DNA from: Candidatus Latescibacterota bacterium
Lineage (GTDB): Bacteria; Latescibacterota; UBA2968
DNA length: 64,000 nt
Reading direction: 5' to 3'
NCBI GenBank assembly: GCA_965207885.1
Contig: OZ242311.1
Span: 800,001 to 864,000, forward strand
Shown piece by piece: positions 18,769-28,060 of the stretch. How positions within the stretch are numbered: position 1 is the first letter of the stretch; every line of letters begins with the position of its first letter. Under the pieces are notes generated by a model. It ran no database searches, was not told the origin of the DNA, and was given only the letters and a program-made list of their open reading frames with translations. A program made the translations under genes and the position numbers.

Positions 18769-20103
18769 ATGAATGAAGGAAGCCGCGAATACGTGCTGAA
18801 TGCCGCGTCAGAACACGGGGTCAAATTTGTCAGGCTCTGGTTTACGGATATTTTGGGTTTTCTAAAGAGTGTCGCCATTCCCGTTGAGCAACTCGATGGC
18901 GCTTTGACAGAGGGGATCGGTTTTGATGGGTCGTCCGTAGAGGGTTTTGCGCGCATCGACGAGAGCGATATGATCGCTATGCCCGATCCCAATACTTTTC
19001 AGGTGCTGCCTTTTCGTCCGCAAGAAGGCGGTACGGTTGCGCGTATGTTTTGCGATATTCTCCAGCCGGGGGGAAATCCATATCGAGGAGATCCGCGCTG
19101 GGTGCTGAAAAAGAATTTGAGACGTGCAGGCGATATGGGTTTTGCGTTTTACGTCAGTCCAGAGATGGAGTTTTTCTATTTTGAAAAACCCGAGGTTCCT
19201 CTCAAGGGTTTGGATGAGGGTGGATATTTTGATCAGACGTCTCTGGATGTGGCGAGTGATCTGCGCCGGGATACGGTGTTGACGCTGGAGAAGATGGGGA
19301 TTGAGGTGGCGTCCAGCCATCACGAGGATGCGCCGAGCCAGCACGAGATCGATTTGCTTTATACCGATGCGCTGACGATGGCGGACAATGCAATGACCTA
19401 CCGTTTGGTTGTGAAGGAGATTGCCGTGAAGCACGGCGTTTGGGCGACGTTTATGCCCAAACCCATTTTTGGCGTCAATGGCAATGGTATGCATACGAAT
19501 ATGTCGCTGTTTAAGGGAGAGGCTAACGCGTTTTACGACGCTGAAGGCGAATACCATCTGTCGGATACGGCGCGGTATTTTATCGCGGGTTTGCTCAAAC
19601 ACGCGTGTGAGATAACGCTGGTGACCAATCAGTGGGTCAATTCTTATAAGCGGTTGGTGCCGGGCTATGAAGCGCCTTTGTACACGACGTGGTCGGTGGT
19701 TAACCGATCGGATCTGGTGCGCGTGCCGGCCTATTCTCTGGATAAGGAGAGTACAACGCGCATCGAATACCGGTCGCCCGATCCGGCCTGCAATCCCTAT
19801 CTGGCATTTGCAATTATGTTGGCTGCGGGGTTGGAGGGTGTTGAAAAACAGTATGAGGTGCCGCCGCCTATGGAAAAAAATGTGGCTGAGATGTCCAGTG
19901 CCGAGCGGGAGAACGCGGGTATTAAGAATCTGCCTCTGGATCTGTCACAGGCTATTGATCTGGCCGAGGGTAGCGACTTGCTTCGCAATGCCCTGGGCGA
20001 TCATATTTTTGAGAAGTTTATTGCGAATAAGAAGATCGAATGGGCCAATTACAGGGCGCAGGTGACGGGTTACGAACTGGATCAACATCTTAAAATTTTG
20101 TGA
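18769..20103 (+). CDS. glnA: Glutamine synthetase type I family protein
   Basis: FDGSS, ESDM, HHE..PSQHEI, ATFMPKP, NGNGMH, NSYKRLVPGYEAP, RIEYRSPD. Confidence 0.92.
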   Translation: MNEGSREYVLNAASEHGVKFVRLWFTDILGFLKSVAIPVEQLDGALTEGIGFDGSSVEGFARIDESDMIAMPDPNTFQVLPFRPQEGGTVARMFCDILQPGGNPYRGDPRWVLKKNLRRAGDMGFAFYVSPEMEFFYFEKPEVPLKGLDEGGYFDQTSLDVASDLRRDTVLTLEKMGIEVASSHHEDAPSQHEIDLLYTDALTMADNAMTYRLVVKEIAVKHGVWATFMPKPIFGVNGNGMHTNMSLFKGEANAFYDAEGEYHLSDTARYFIAGLLKHACEITLVTNQWVNSYKRLVPGYEAPLYTTWSVVNRSDLVRVPAYSLDKESTTRIEYRSPDPACNPYLAFAIMLAAGLEGVEKQYEVPPPMEKNVAEMSSAERENAGIKNLPLDLSQAIDLAEGSDLLRNALGDHIFEKFIANKKIEWANYRAQVTGYELDQHLKIL

Positions 20104-20112
20104 GGTATAAGG

Positions 20113-20358
20113 ATGGGGAAAAAACGCAGGCCGTGTCCCCGCGGGCTTTACGACGGGTGCCCGATTCCACGAGAATTGTGTAGCGAAGATTACGCGCGTA
20201 CAGGTGAGTGGCATTGTTTGAAGTTTTTGCGCGAGTTTGAGTGGTTTGTGTTTGGAACCTCTGGGGAAGATGCCGCGCCAGAGGCTCTCAGAACGGGCGA
20301 AGAAATTGTGTCGCTGGAGGATTTGATGCGGGTGCTGGAGGGGATGGATGATGCGTGA
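20113..20358 (+). CDS. Small cysteine-containing hypothetical protein (81 aa)
   Basis: Fills the glnA-hemE gap, AAGG RBS, overlaps the hemE start; four Cys including two CP dipeptides. Confidence 0.6.
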   Translation: MGKKRRPCPRGLYDGCPIPRELCSEDYARTGEWHCLKFLREFEWFVFGTSGEDAAPEALRTGEEIVSLEDLMRVLEGMDDA

Positions 20359-21391
20359 GGGTTCAGATCGTTTTTTAAAGGCGTGTCGTCGCGAATGTGT
20401 GGATGCGACGCCTGTTTGGTTCATGCGTCAGGCCGGGCGGTATATGAAGGCTTATTGGACGTATCGCGATCGCTACAGTTTTCTCGATATGGTGAAGACG
20501 CCCGAGATTTCCACGGCGATTACGATGCAACCCGTGAACGCATATCCTGTGGATGCTGCGATTATTTTTCAGGATTTGCTGCCGATTCTCGAGTCGATGG
20601 GTTTGGATCTGGATTATGTAAAAGGCGAAGGTCCGGTTATTCACAATCCGATTCGCACGGTGGCAGATATCGATGCGTTGACCGTGAGTCCCGCCGAAGA
20701 GGCGATGCCTTATGTGGGCGATGCCATTCGGATGGCTGTCGCAGAACTCAATGGTCGCGTTCCGTTGATTGGTTTTGCAGGTGCGCCTTTTACGCTGGTT
20801 TGTTATGCGGTGGAAGGCGGTTCGTCGCGCAATTACGAGATTGCCAAGGGGTTGATGTACGGCGAGCCAGCGCAATGGCATCGTTTGATGGATATGATGG
20901 CGACAGCTATTGGGGATTATCTCATCGCTCAGGCCCGGGCGGGTGCGAGGGTGTTGCAGGTGTTTGATAGCTGGGTCGGGGCGTTGAGTCCGGCTGATTA
21001 TCGCGAGTACGTGTTGCCGCATTCGCAAAAGGCGATTGCGATTGCGAAAGAAGAGGTGGATGTGCCGCTTATTCATTTTGGCACGAGTACGGCGGGTATT
21101 CTCGAGTTGTTGAAAGAGGCGGGGGGCGATGTTATTGGCGTTGATTGGCGCATTGATATAGATGTGGCGTGGCGCCGTTTGGGCGATGATGTGGGTGTGC
21201 AGGGCAATCTGGATCCCGTTGTGTTGTTCGCGCCTTTTGAGGAGATAACGCGGCAGACGAGGCGCATATTGGATTCGGTGAGGGGAAGGCCGGGACATAT
21301 TTTTAATTTGGGTCATGGGATTTTACAGCGCACACCTGTGGAAAATGTGCGGAAATTGGTTGATTTTGTGCATGAATATACGGCGCGATGA
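20348..21391 (+). CDS. hemE: Uroporphyrinogen decarboxylase
   Basis: PVWFMRQAGRY, LIGFAGAPFT, QVFDSW, QGNLDP, HIFNLGHG. Confidence 0.97.
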   Translation: MMREGSDRFLKACRRECVDATPVWFMRQAGRYMKAYWTYRDRYSFLDMVKTPEISTAITMQPVNAYPVDAAIIFQDLLPILESMGLDLDYVKGEGPVIHNPIRTVADIDALTVSPAEEAMPYVGDAIRMAVAELNGRVPLIGFAGAPFTLVCYAVEGGSSRNYEIAKGLMYGEPAQWHRLMDMMATAIGDYLIAQARAGARVLQVFDSWVGALSPADYREYVLPHSQKAIAIAKEEVDVPLIHFGTSTAGILELLKEAGGDVIGVDWRIDIDVAWRRLGDDVGVQGNLDPVVLFAPFEEITRQTRRILDSVRGRPGHIFNLGHGILQRTPVENVRKLVDFVHEYTAR

Positions 21392-22304
21392 GATAATAAT
21401 TGGCGTGCTTTTAATGGCTTATGGCAGCCCCGATTCGCTGGATGATATGGCGGCTTATTTGAGCGATATTCGGGGTGGGCGGCCGATGTCGCCAGAGTTT
21501 GTGGCGGAGTTTCGCAGTCGCTACGCGCAGATCGGTGGCAGGTCGCCGCTGAATGAACGCACGTTTGAGCAGGCAGGGCATGTCGAGGCGGTGTTGAAGA
21601 AACGCGGGCGGGATGTGAAGGCATATACGGGGATGCGTCACTGGAAGCCGCGGATCGTGGAGGCGGTGGCGAAGATGCAGGGGGATGGTGTTGAAAAGGC
21701 TGTGGGCATTGTGATGGCGCCGCATTATTCGCGGATGAGTACCCGGCTCTATCAGCAGAAGGTTGAGGATGCATTAAAAGAGGTGGGGAGTGATATTGAG
21801 TTTGCCTATGTCAATTCGTGGTGCGATCAGCCCCGGTTGATTGAGGCGCAGGCGGCAAAGGTACGGGCGGGGTTGGAGAGGTTTCCGGAGGATGCGAGGC
21901 GGAAGGCAAAGGTGGTTTTTTCGGCGCATAGTTTGCCGGCCCGGTTGCTGAAGATGGGCGATCCCTATGACGATGAATTAAAGCGCAATGCTCAGGCGAT
22001 TGTGGATCGATTGGGTCCGGTGGATTGGATGTTTTCATATCAGAGCGCCGCACATACGGGCGAGCCATGGTTGGGTCCGCAGATTGAGGATGTGATTCCC
22101 GCTCTGGCTTCTGGCAATTATCGCGATGTTCTGGTCTCGCCTATTGGTTTTGTGTGCGATCACGTGGAGGTGCTTTACGATATTGATATCGGTTGCCAGG
22201 AGATTGCACAAAGATGCGGGATGCGTCTGGAACGCACAGAGATGATGAATAGCGATTCCGTGTTTATCGAGGCGGTTGCCGATGCGGTGGAAGAGGTGAT
22301 TTGA
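21372..22304 (+). CDS. hemH: Ferrochelatase, coproporphyrin (CpfC)-type
   Basis: LLMAYGSP, RYAQIGGRSPL, FSAHSLP, YQS, WLGP, GFVCDHVEVLYDID; short N-terminal lid as in Bacillus-type enzymes. Confidence 0.92.
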   Translation: MNIRRDEIIIGVLLMAYGSPDSLDDMAAYLSDIRGGRPMSPEFVAEFRSRYAQIGGRSPLNERTFEQAGHVEAVLKKRGRDVKAYTGMRHWKPRIVEAVAKMQGDGVEKAVGIVMAPHYSRMSTRLYQQKVEDALKEVGSDIEFAYVNSWCDQPRLIEAQAAKVRAGLERFPEDARRKAKVVFSAHSLPARLLKMGDPYDDELKRNAQAIVDRLGPVDWMFSYQSAAHTGEPWLGPQIEDVIPALASGNYRDVLVSPIGFVCDHVEVLYDIDIGCQEIAQRCGMRLERTEMMNSDSVFIEAVADAVEEVI

Positions 22305-22307
22305 GGA

Positions 22308-22388
22308 GATCGGGACGGCACAGGGGCCGTCCCCTACGGTGATATTTTAATCCGATTTGTAGGGGCGACCCCCTGTGGTCGCCCGTTG
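22308..22388. repeat. Inverted pair of GTAG-family REP-like palindromes
   Basis: 22308-22337 (reverse complement GTAGGGGACGGCCCCTGTGCCGTCCC) and 22359-22384 GTAGGGGCGACCCCCTGTGGTCGCCC; further copies at 49.2-49.9 kb. Confidence 0.8.
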
Positions 22389-22396
22389 ATAGCGAT

Positions 22397-23791
22397 ATGC
22401 ATATAACTATTATTGGCGGTGGCATAGCGGGTCTTGCGACCGCTTTTTATTTGGAAAAAAGAGCGCGGGAGCAAGGTCGGGACATTCAGTATTCCTTGCT
22501 GGAGCGCAGTGACCGATGGGGGGGGATGATTGCGACGGAGTCCGTGGATGGTTTTTTGATTGAGGGCGGTCCGGATTTGCTGCTGACGCAAAAGCCCGCG
22601 GGTATTCAGTTGTGTGAGGATCTGGGGTTGGCGGATCGGTTGATTTCGACGAATAATGATCGGAAGCGGACGTTTTTGGTGCGGGATGGGAAGTTGGTGG
22701 CTTTTCCGGAGGATTTTTCTCTGGTGCCCGCGAGATTTTGGCCCCTTGCGACGTCACCTCTGTATTCGTTTTGGGGAAAGGTGCGGATGGGGCTGGAGGT
22801 GTTTGTGCCGCGGCGGAGAGACGAGGGCGATGAGAGTCTGGCGAGTTTTATTCGGCGGCGTTTGGGCGTGGAGGCTGTGAATATTGGCGGGGCGATGCTG
22901 GCGGGTATCCACAGTGCAGATGCAGAGCGTTTGAGTATGCAATGCGCGTTTCCGATGTATGTGGCGATGGAGCAGCGCTATGGGAGTTTGATCAAGGGGG
23001 TGCGGGCGATGAGGAAGGCGCGCGCATCTACGGGGACCGCGATGTTTCAGACGCTGATTGGCGGGATGGGTGAGTTGGTCGATACTTTGATTGCGGGTTT
23101 GGATGGGGATTTGCGCCGGGGTGTTGCGGTTGGGTCTGTTAGAAAGGTGGGTGGGGGATTTGAGGTGGTCGCTGGTGAGGAGGTGATCGAGACAGATGCC
23201 GTGGTGATGGCGACGCCGGCTTATGTGTCCGCTGATCTGGTGGCTGATTTTGCGCCGGATTTGAGTCTTTTGTTGCGCGGTATTCGCTATGTTTCAACGG
23301 CGACGGTTTCGCTGGCGTATCGGAAGAGAGATGTTGAGGGACAACACGATTTTGAGGGGTTTGGTTTTTTGTCGCCAAAACACGAGGGGCGCCGGATTAC
23401 GGCGTGTACATGGGTTTCGACGAAGTTGAATTTTCGCGCGCCGGACGATGGTGTTCTGGTGCGTACTTTTGTGGGGGGAGCAGGGCAGGAAGATATGGTG
23501 GATCTGGATGATGAGGCGCTGATTGCACTGTCGCGCGAGGAGTTGGAAGATTTGATGGGGTTGACGGGTGATCCTCTGTTTGCGCGCATTTTTCGCTGGA
23601 GAAGAGGGCGCCCCCAATTCGATGTGGGGCATCTGGAGCGCGTGGCTGAGATGGAGCGTCTCGCCGCGCAGGTGGGCGGGCTGTTTTTGACGGGGAGTGC
23701 GTATCGCGGGTCGGCGATTCCCGATTGTATTGTGCAGGCGGTGGATACAGTGGATCGGATTTTAAAAGCAGGTGAGAAGTGTGAAGTGTGA
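22397..23791 (+). CDS. hemY: Copro/protoporphyrinogen oxidase HemY (CgoX/PgoX)
   Basis: FAD motif IIGGGIAGL, EGGPD, DESLASF, C-terminal G..IPDCI; follows hemE-hemH. Confidence 0.93.
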   Translation: MHITIIGGGIAGLATAFYLEKRAREQGRDIQYSLLERSDRWGGMIATESVDGFLIEGGPDLLLTQKPAGIQLCEDLGLADRLISTNNDRKRTFLVRDGKLVAFPEDFSLVPARFWPLATSPLYSFWGKVRMGLEVFVPRRRDEGDESLASFIRRRLGVEAVNIGGAMLAGIHSADAERLSMQCAFPMYVAMEQRYGSLIKGVRAMRKARASTGTAMFQTLIGGMGELVDTLIAGLDGDLRRGVAVGSVRKVGGGFEVVAGEEVIETDAVVMATPAYVSADLVADFAPDLSLLLRGIRYVSTATVSLAYRKRDVEGQHDFEGFGFLSPKHEGRRITACTWVSTKLNFRAPDDGVLVRTFVGGAGQEDMVDLDDEALIALSREELEDLMGLTGDPLFARIFRWRRGRPQFDVGHLERVAEMERLAAQVGGLFLTGSAYRGSAIPDCIVQAVDTVDRILKAGEKCEV

Positions 23792-23865
23792 AGGGAGGAC
23801 CATCGTCATCGCGGCCCCTGCTTAAAGCATGCAGGGGCAGGCTATGATGTTGAGCCGCGATCCAG
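23777..23865. repeat. AAGTGTG heptamers plus GTCATCGCGGC...GCCGCGATCCAG palindromic repeat (copy A, with 27-nt insert)
   Basis: Same unit at 24686-24766 and 62062-62120. Confidence 0.8.
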
Positions 23866-23888
23866 TGTTTTTCATTATTGATGAATCC

Positions 23889-24683
23889 ATGTTCATTACA
23901 ACTCATAAACATTTTAAGACGATTATCATGGTTGCCACCCGGTCGCTGGATGACAAGGGGTGGGTTCTTGTCGGTGGCTCTGTTTTGCGTCTGTTGCGCG
24001 TGGTGTTTCTGCTTTCTTTGTGGCGGATGTTGTTGCCCGAGTCCGGAGAGGTTTCTGGTATGACGCGCAATGCGGTGCTTACTTATACTCTGATTGCCGA
24101 GGTTTTTGCCGGGCAGATTTCTGTGCGTACAGGTCTGGACGGGGCGCTCTGGCGCGGGGATATTGCCAATCGCTTTTTGCGCCCGGTGGGGATTTACGGC
24201 CAGTTTATTGCGGAGATGTTTGGTTCGGGTTTGCCCAATCTCATTTTGTTTTCACTGCCGCTTTTTTGTCTGGCGCCCCTTCTGGGGGTCGATCCTTTGC
24301 CGGAAAGCGCGTTTGCCGGTGTTTTGTTTTTGTGTAGTCTGGTGCTGGGCATTGCCATCGGCGCGGCGTTTGATTTCATTTTTGCGAGTTTTATGGTTTT
24401 GCTGGAGCAACATGTCTATGCTTTGACGCAGATTCGAGATGCGGTTAGCGTTTTGTTGTCGGGCGCGATTATTCCACTTGCGCTGATGCCATGGGGGATT
24501 GGGGATTTTCTGACTTTTTTGCCTTTTGCCTCGCTGGCGTCCGCGCCGCTGCGCATTTATACGGGTACGGGGGATCCCCTTTTTCTCATCGGTCTTCAAG
24601 CTTTCTGGGCTGTTGTGCTCTGGCCCGTCGCTCACTTGCTCTGGAATGCCAATCGCGAACGTCTGGTTTCGCATGGGGGATAA
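23889..24683 (+). CDS. ABC-2 family permease (DUF990-like)
   Basis: Multi-TM; GDIANRFLRPV, SGAIIPLALMP, FLPF; start placed at MFITT. Confidence 0.85.
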   Translation: MFITTHKHFKTIIMVATRSLDDKGWVLVGGSVLRLLRVVFLLSLWRMLLPESGEVSGMTRNAVLTYTLIAEVFAGQISVRTGLDGALWRGDIANRFLRPVGIYGQFIAEMFGSGLPNLILFSLPLFCLAPLLGVDPLPESAFAGVLFLCSLVLGIAIGAAFDFIFASFMVLLEQHVYALTQIRDAVSVLLSGAIIPLALMPWGIGDFLTFLPFASLASAPLRIYTGTGDPLFLIGLQAFWAVVLWPVAHLLWNANRERLVSHGG

Positions 24684-24685
24684 AG

Positions 24686-24770
24686 AAGTGTGAAGTGTGA
24701 AGGATGAAGTGTGAAGAGTAAAGGGCGGACCATCGTCATCGCGGCATGCTTAAAGCCGCGATCCAGGAGG
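24686..24770. repeat. AAGTGTG heptamers plus uninterrupted palindromic repeat (copy B)
   Basis: GTCATCGCGGC-ATGCTTAAA-GCCGCGATCCAG at 24735-24766. Confidence 0.8.
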
Positions 24771-24780
24771 TTTAATTTTT

Positions 24781-25614
24781 GTGAAGACTTTGACAAAACT
24801 CTTCGCCCGCTGGCGGGTGCAGGCTTATCTGGATTTTATGTGGATGACGCGGGATTTTCGGTTTTTTTTTATTAATATTGTCTCCGATATCATTCTCAAT
24901 CTCGCGGGTGTTACAGCGGTTTTTCTGCTGGCTGAGCGGTTTGAGGGTATTGGCCTGTGGTCGCGGGATCAAATTGTTTTTATGCTGGGGTATGCCGCGC
25001 TTGTTCGCGGGTTTTTAGATATGGGGTTTAGCTATAATGTGCTCCAGATCAGCCGCCGCATTGGGCGCGGTCAGATGGATCATACGCTCGTGCAACCCCA
25101 GCCGGTGTGGATGGGTCTATTAACCGAGGGTTTTATGCCTTTTTCCGGGTCGTGGTCTTTGTTCACGGGGATTGGTATTTGGACATGGGCTATTTTTCAG
25201 CTCGATGCGGTGCTTACCATGTACTGGTGGTTGATGTTTTTTTGCAATCTCGCGTCTTCCTGCGCGATTGTGCTGGCTTTTTCTTTTGTGTGGGGAAGTC
25301 TGGCTTTTTGGGCGCCGGTTGCCGCGGAGGAAATTAGCAGTCGCGCGGTCAATTTTATGTTCCAGCTCAAGTCTTTTCCGCTGGATGGGCTGAGCAGCTA
25401 TGTGCTTGTCAGTATGCTTACTGTTTTGCCCGTGGGTTTTGTCGCGTGGTATCCCTGCCGCCAGTTGCTGGGTATTGCGCCGTCGAGCCTGTGGCATACG
25501 CCGCTTGTGGCGGCGGTTCTGTCTCTGATCGCATGGATTTTATTTAAAAAAGGAATGCAGCACTATGCACAGACCGGGTCACAGCGCTACCTCGGTTTCG
25601 GACATCGCGGTTGA
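24781..25614 (+). CDS. ABC-2 family permease (DUF990-like)
   Basis: Multi-TM; GQMDHTLVQP, FPL, LPVGFVAWYP, C-terminal Y..TGS. Confidence 0.85.
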   Translation: MKTLTKLFARWRVQAYLDFMWMTRDFRFFFINIVSDIILNLAGVTAVFLLAERFEGIGLWSRDQIVFMLGYAALVRGFLDMGFSYNVLQISRRIGRGQMDHTLVQPQPVWMGLLTEGFMPFSGSWSLFTGIGIWTWAIFQLDAVLTMYWWLMFFCNLASSCAIVLAFSFVWGSLAFWAPVAAEEISSRAVNFMFQLKSFPLDGLSSYVLVSMLTVLPVGFVAWYPCRQLLGIAPSSLWHTPLVAAVLSLIAWILFKKGMQHYAQTGSQRYLGFGHRG

Positions 25615-26587
25615 ACTGACCGAGGTCGATAAGATTTTTTACCAGCGCCAGCGTTCGGAGAAGGTTCGGGATGTTTTCAAGAATTTGTTTCGGCCCAATA
25701 TCCGGGAGATTCGCGCATTGCAGAAGGTGAATCTCGAGATTCGCCGCGGCGAGATTGTCGCCTATGCAGGTCCCAATGGTGCGGGAAAATCCACGACTGT
25801 TAAGCTGCTTTCCAGTGTTCTTGCACCTACTTCTGGGACGGTTCGCTGTCTGGGTATGGATCCGATGAAGGATCGCGTGCATTATGTCGAGCGCATTGGC
25901 GTGGTTTTTGGTCAGCGGACAGAGTTGTGGTGGGATCAGCCCGTTGCGGCGAGTTTTGAGTGGAAGCGGGTGGTCTGGGATATTCCCCGGGATCGGTATG
26001 ATGCTATGCTCGATTTTGTGAAGGATCTTCTGGGGATCGACGAATTTTTCAATAGTCTCGCGCGTCAACTCAGTCTGGGGCAAAAGATGCGGGCGGATCT
26101 CGCGCTTATGCTTATGCACGAGCCTGAGATTCTCTTTTTGGACGAGCCTACCATTGGGGTTGATGTGCTTGCCAAACGCAATATGCTGGAGTTTATCAAG
26201 AGTCTCAATCGGGAAAAGGGCGTTACGGTTATGATCACGAGTCACGATATGGATGAGCTGGAGCAGCTCGCGGGGCGCATTGTGATAATCGATAAGGGCA
26301 ATATCGCGTTTGATGGGGATTTTCGAGAATTGCGCGGTCAATTTGGGGACCGCAGGCATCTTATTATTGAGACTGCCGATACGTTTCCACCGCAACTTTC
26401 AGGCGTTCAGTTTATTGAGAGCGAAGGCAATCGCCATCACTTTACGTTCGATGCGGCACAGATATCGATACCGACATTGCTCGATGAAGCGGCAGAGCAA
26501 GCGACTATTCGCGATGTGGAAACCCACCGCGCTCCGATTGACGATGTGATTGCGGATATGTATGAATATTGGGATGGGGTTAATTGA
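25565..26587 (+). CDS. ABC transporter ATP-binding protein
   Basis: GPNGAGKSTT, VVFGQRTEL, LSLGQKMR, LFLDEPT, SH. Confidence 0.93.
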   Translation: MHRPGHSATSVSDIAVELTEVDKIFYQRQRSEKVRDVFKNLFRPNIREIRALQKVNLEIRRGEIVAYAGPNGAGKSTTVKLLSSVLAPTSGTVRCLGMDPMKDRVHYVERIGVVFGQRTELWWDQPVAASFEWKRVVWDIPRDRYDAMLDFVKDLLGIDEFFNSLARQLSLGQKMRADLALMLMHEPEILFLDEPTIGVDVLAKRNMLEFIKSLNREKGVTVMITSHDMDELEQLAGRIVIIDKGNIAFDGDFRELRGQFGDRRHLIIETADTFPPQLSGVQFIESEGNRHHFTFDAAQISIPTLLDEAAEQATIRDVETHRAPIDDVIADMYEYWDGVN

Positions 26588-27107
26588 CGGCTTTGACGAT
26601 TTCGATTTTGACTCTGGCAACGCCTTCATTGACCATGTCCAGCTTTTTGGCTGCGCCGAGGGAGAGGTCGAGGATGCGTCCTTCAATGAAGGGTCCGCGG
26701 TCATTTACTTTGACGACGACGGATTTGCCGTTGCCGAGGTGGGTGACGCGGATGATGGTGCCGAGGGGCAGTTCGCGGTGTGCGGCGGATAGGCCGTTCA
26801 TGTCGTAGATTTCACCGCTGGCTGTTGGCCGTCCGTGAAATTTGTGCGCGTAGTAGGATGTGTAGCCTATTTGAGATGATCGGTATTTTGGAGACGGGGA
26901 CACGGTCTTAGAGGGTTTGGAGGGTTTGGGTTTTTCTGTGATGGGTTTGCCGCGATAGCGGGGATGCGAGGCACATCCCATGATAGAGACGCAGAGGAGG
27001 ATGCAGAGCAGGTGGGAGATTTTAATGCGCCGCAGGTGGTTGCATGCTGCCGACGAGGTCGGATATGTGGTCGATTTTGTGTGCTTTGCAATAGTCTGCA
27101 ATGCCAT
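26580..27107 (-). CDS. rlpA: RlpA family septal ring lytic transglycosylase lipoprotein (start uncertain)
   Basis: SYY..KFHGRPTASGE, AAHRELP, VKVNDRGP, ILDLS; lipobox IMGC; start either ATG 27107 (GGAG RBS, 86-nt overlap with pyrD) or near 27035. Confidence 0.85.
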   Translation of the reverse strand: MALQTIAKHTKSTTYPTSSAACNHLRRIKISHLLCILLCVSIMGCASHPRYRGKPITEKPKPSKPSKTVSPSPKYRSSQIGYTSYYAHKFHGRPTASGEIYDMNGLSAAHRELPLGTIIRVTHLGNGKSVVVKVNDRGPFIEGRILDLSLGAAKKLDMVNEGVARVKIEIVKAVN

Positions 27108-27960
27108 TGAGTATCTCCAGGGCCGCAAGGGGGCGAACAAAGGTCGTGGTTCCGACCTGTATGGCGGATGCGCCAATGATGAGAAATTCAATGGCGTCGC
27201 GCGCTGTGGCTATGCCGCCCATGCCGATGACCGGGACAGAGACCCGTTCGACGACTTTCCAGAGCAGGGCGAGGGCGACGGGTTTGATCGCGGGGCCTGA
27301 TAAGCCGCCTGTGATATTTCCCAGGATGGGACGGCGGGTGTCTATGTCTATTGCCATGCCCAGCAGGGTGTTGATGAGGGCGATGCCGTCTGCTCCGCCT
27401 TCTTCGACTGCGCCGGCTATGGCGGCGATGTCGGTTACGTTTGGGGTGAGTTTGACGATGATGGGTAATTGCGATACGGCTTTGACGGCTCGGGTTACGT
27501 TGTGGGCGGCGCGTTCGGAACAGCCAAAGAGCATGCCGCCGTCTTTCATGTTGGGCGATGAGATGTTGAGTTCGAGGGCGTCTATGCCTTCGAGGTCGTT
27601 GAATCGGGCGGCCATGTCGGCAAATTCCCGGTCCGATGTTCCCGCTATGCTGACGATGCGCCCCGTGTTGAGCGCGGCGAGGGGTGGGACTTTTTCGGCT
27701 ATGAATGCGTCTATGCCCGGGTTAGTCAGTCCAATGGCGTTGAGCATGCCGGATGGGGTTTCGGCTGTGCGCGGCGGTGGGTTGCCCGCCCGGGGGTGAT
27801 AGGTGATGGTTTTTGTGACGATGCCGCCGATTTTGCTCAGGTCAAAGAGGGACGCGTATTCGGCGCCGTGTCCAAAAGTGCCCGATGCCATGATGACGGG
27901 GTTTTTAAGCGTGAGCCTTTTGGCGATTTTTGTCGAGAGATCTAATTGAGAGTTGGACAT
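27022..27960 (-). CDS. pyrD: Dihydroorotate dehydrogenase, class 1B catalytic subunit
   Basis: KNPVIMASGT, GMLNAIGLTNPG, ELNISSPN, VKLTPNVT, INTL, GGLSGPAIKP. Confidence 0.93.
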   Translation of the reverse strand: MSNSQLDLSTKIAKRLTLKNPVIMASGTFGHGAEYASLFDLSKIGGIVTKTITYHPRAGNPPPRTAETPSGMLNAIGLTNPGIDAFIAEKVPPLAALNTGRIVSIAGTSDREFADMAARFNDLEGIDALELNISSPNMKDGGMLFGCSERAAHNVTRAVKAVSQLPIIVKLTPNVTDIAAIAGAVEEGGADGIALINTLLGMAIDIDTRRPILGNITGGLSGPAIKPVALALLWKVVERVSVPVIGMGGIATARDAIEFLIIGASAIQVGTTTFVRPLAALEILNGIADYCKAHKIDHISDLVGSMQPPAAH

Positions 27961-28004
27961 TTGACCGTGATTGGGGCATTCGTTCTTGAATCGTGCGGTG
28001 CTTA

Positions 28005-28033
28005 ATATTATTTTCGGATTGAAACTTCGTCAA
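28005..28033 (-). promoter_or_regulatory. Sigma70-type promoter for pyrD
   Basis: TTGACG-N17-TAATAT on the minus strand. Confidence 0.45.
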
Positions 28034-28060
28034 GGAAAATCACGAAACAGGGGTTGAACA

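Noticed and set aside
20375-21316. Long antisense ORFs (also 7353-8084, 18862-19602, 25544-26395, 28040-28849, 30595-31338)
   Set aside because: Opposite well-supported genes, no motifs; expected from codon bias
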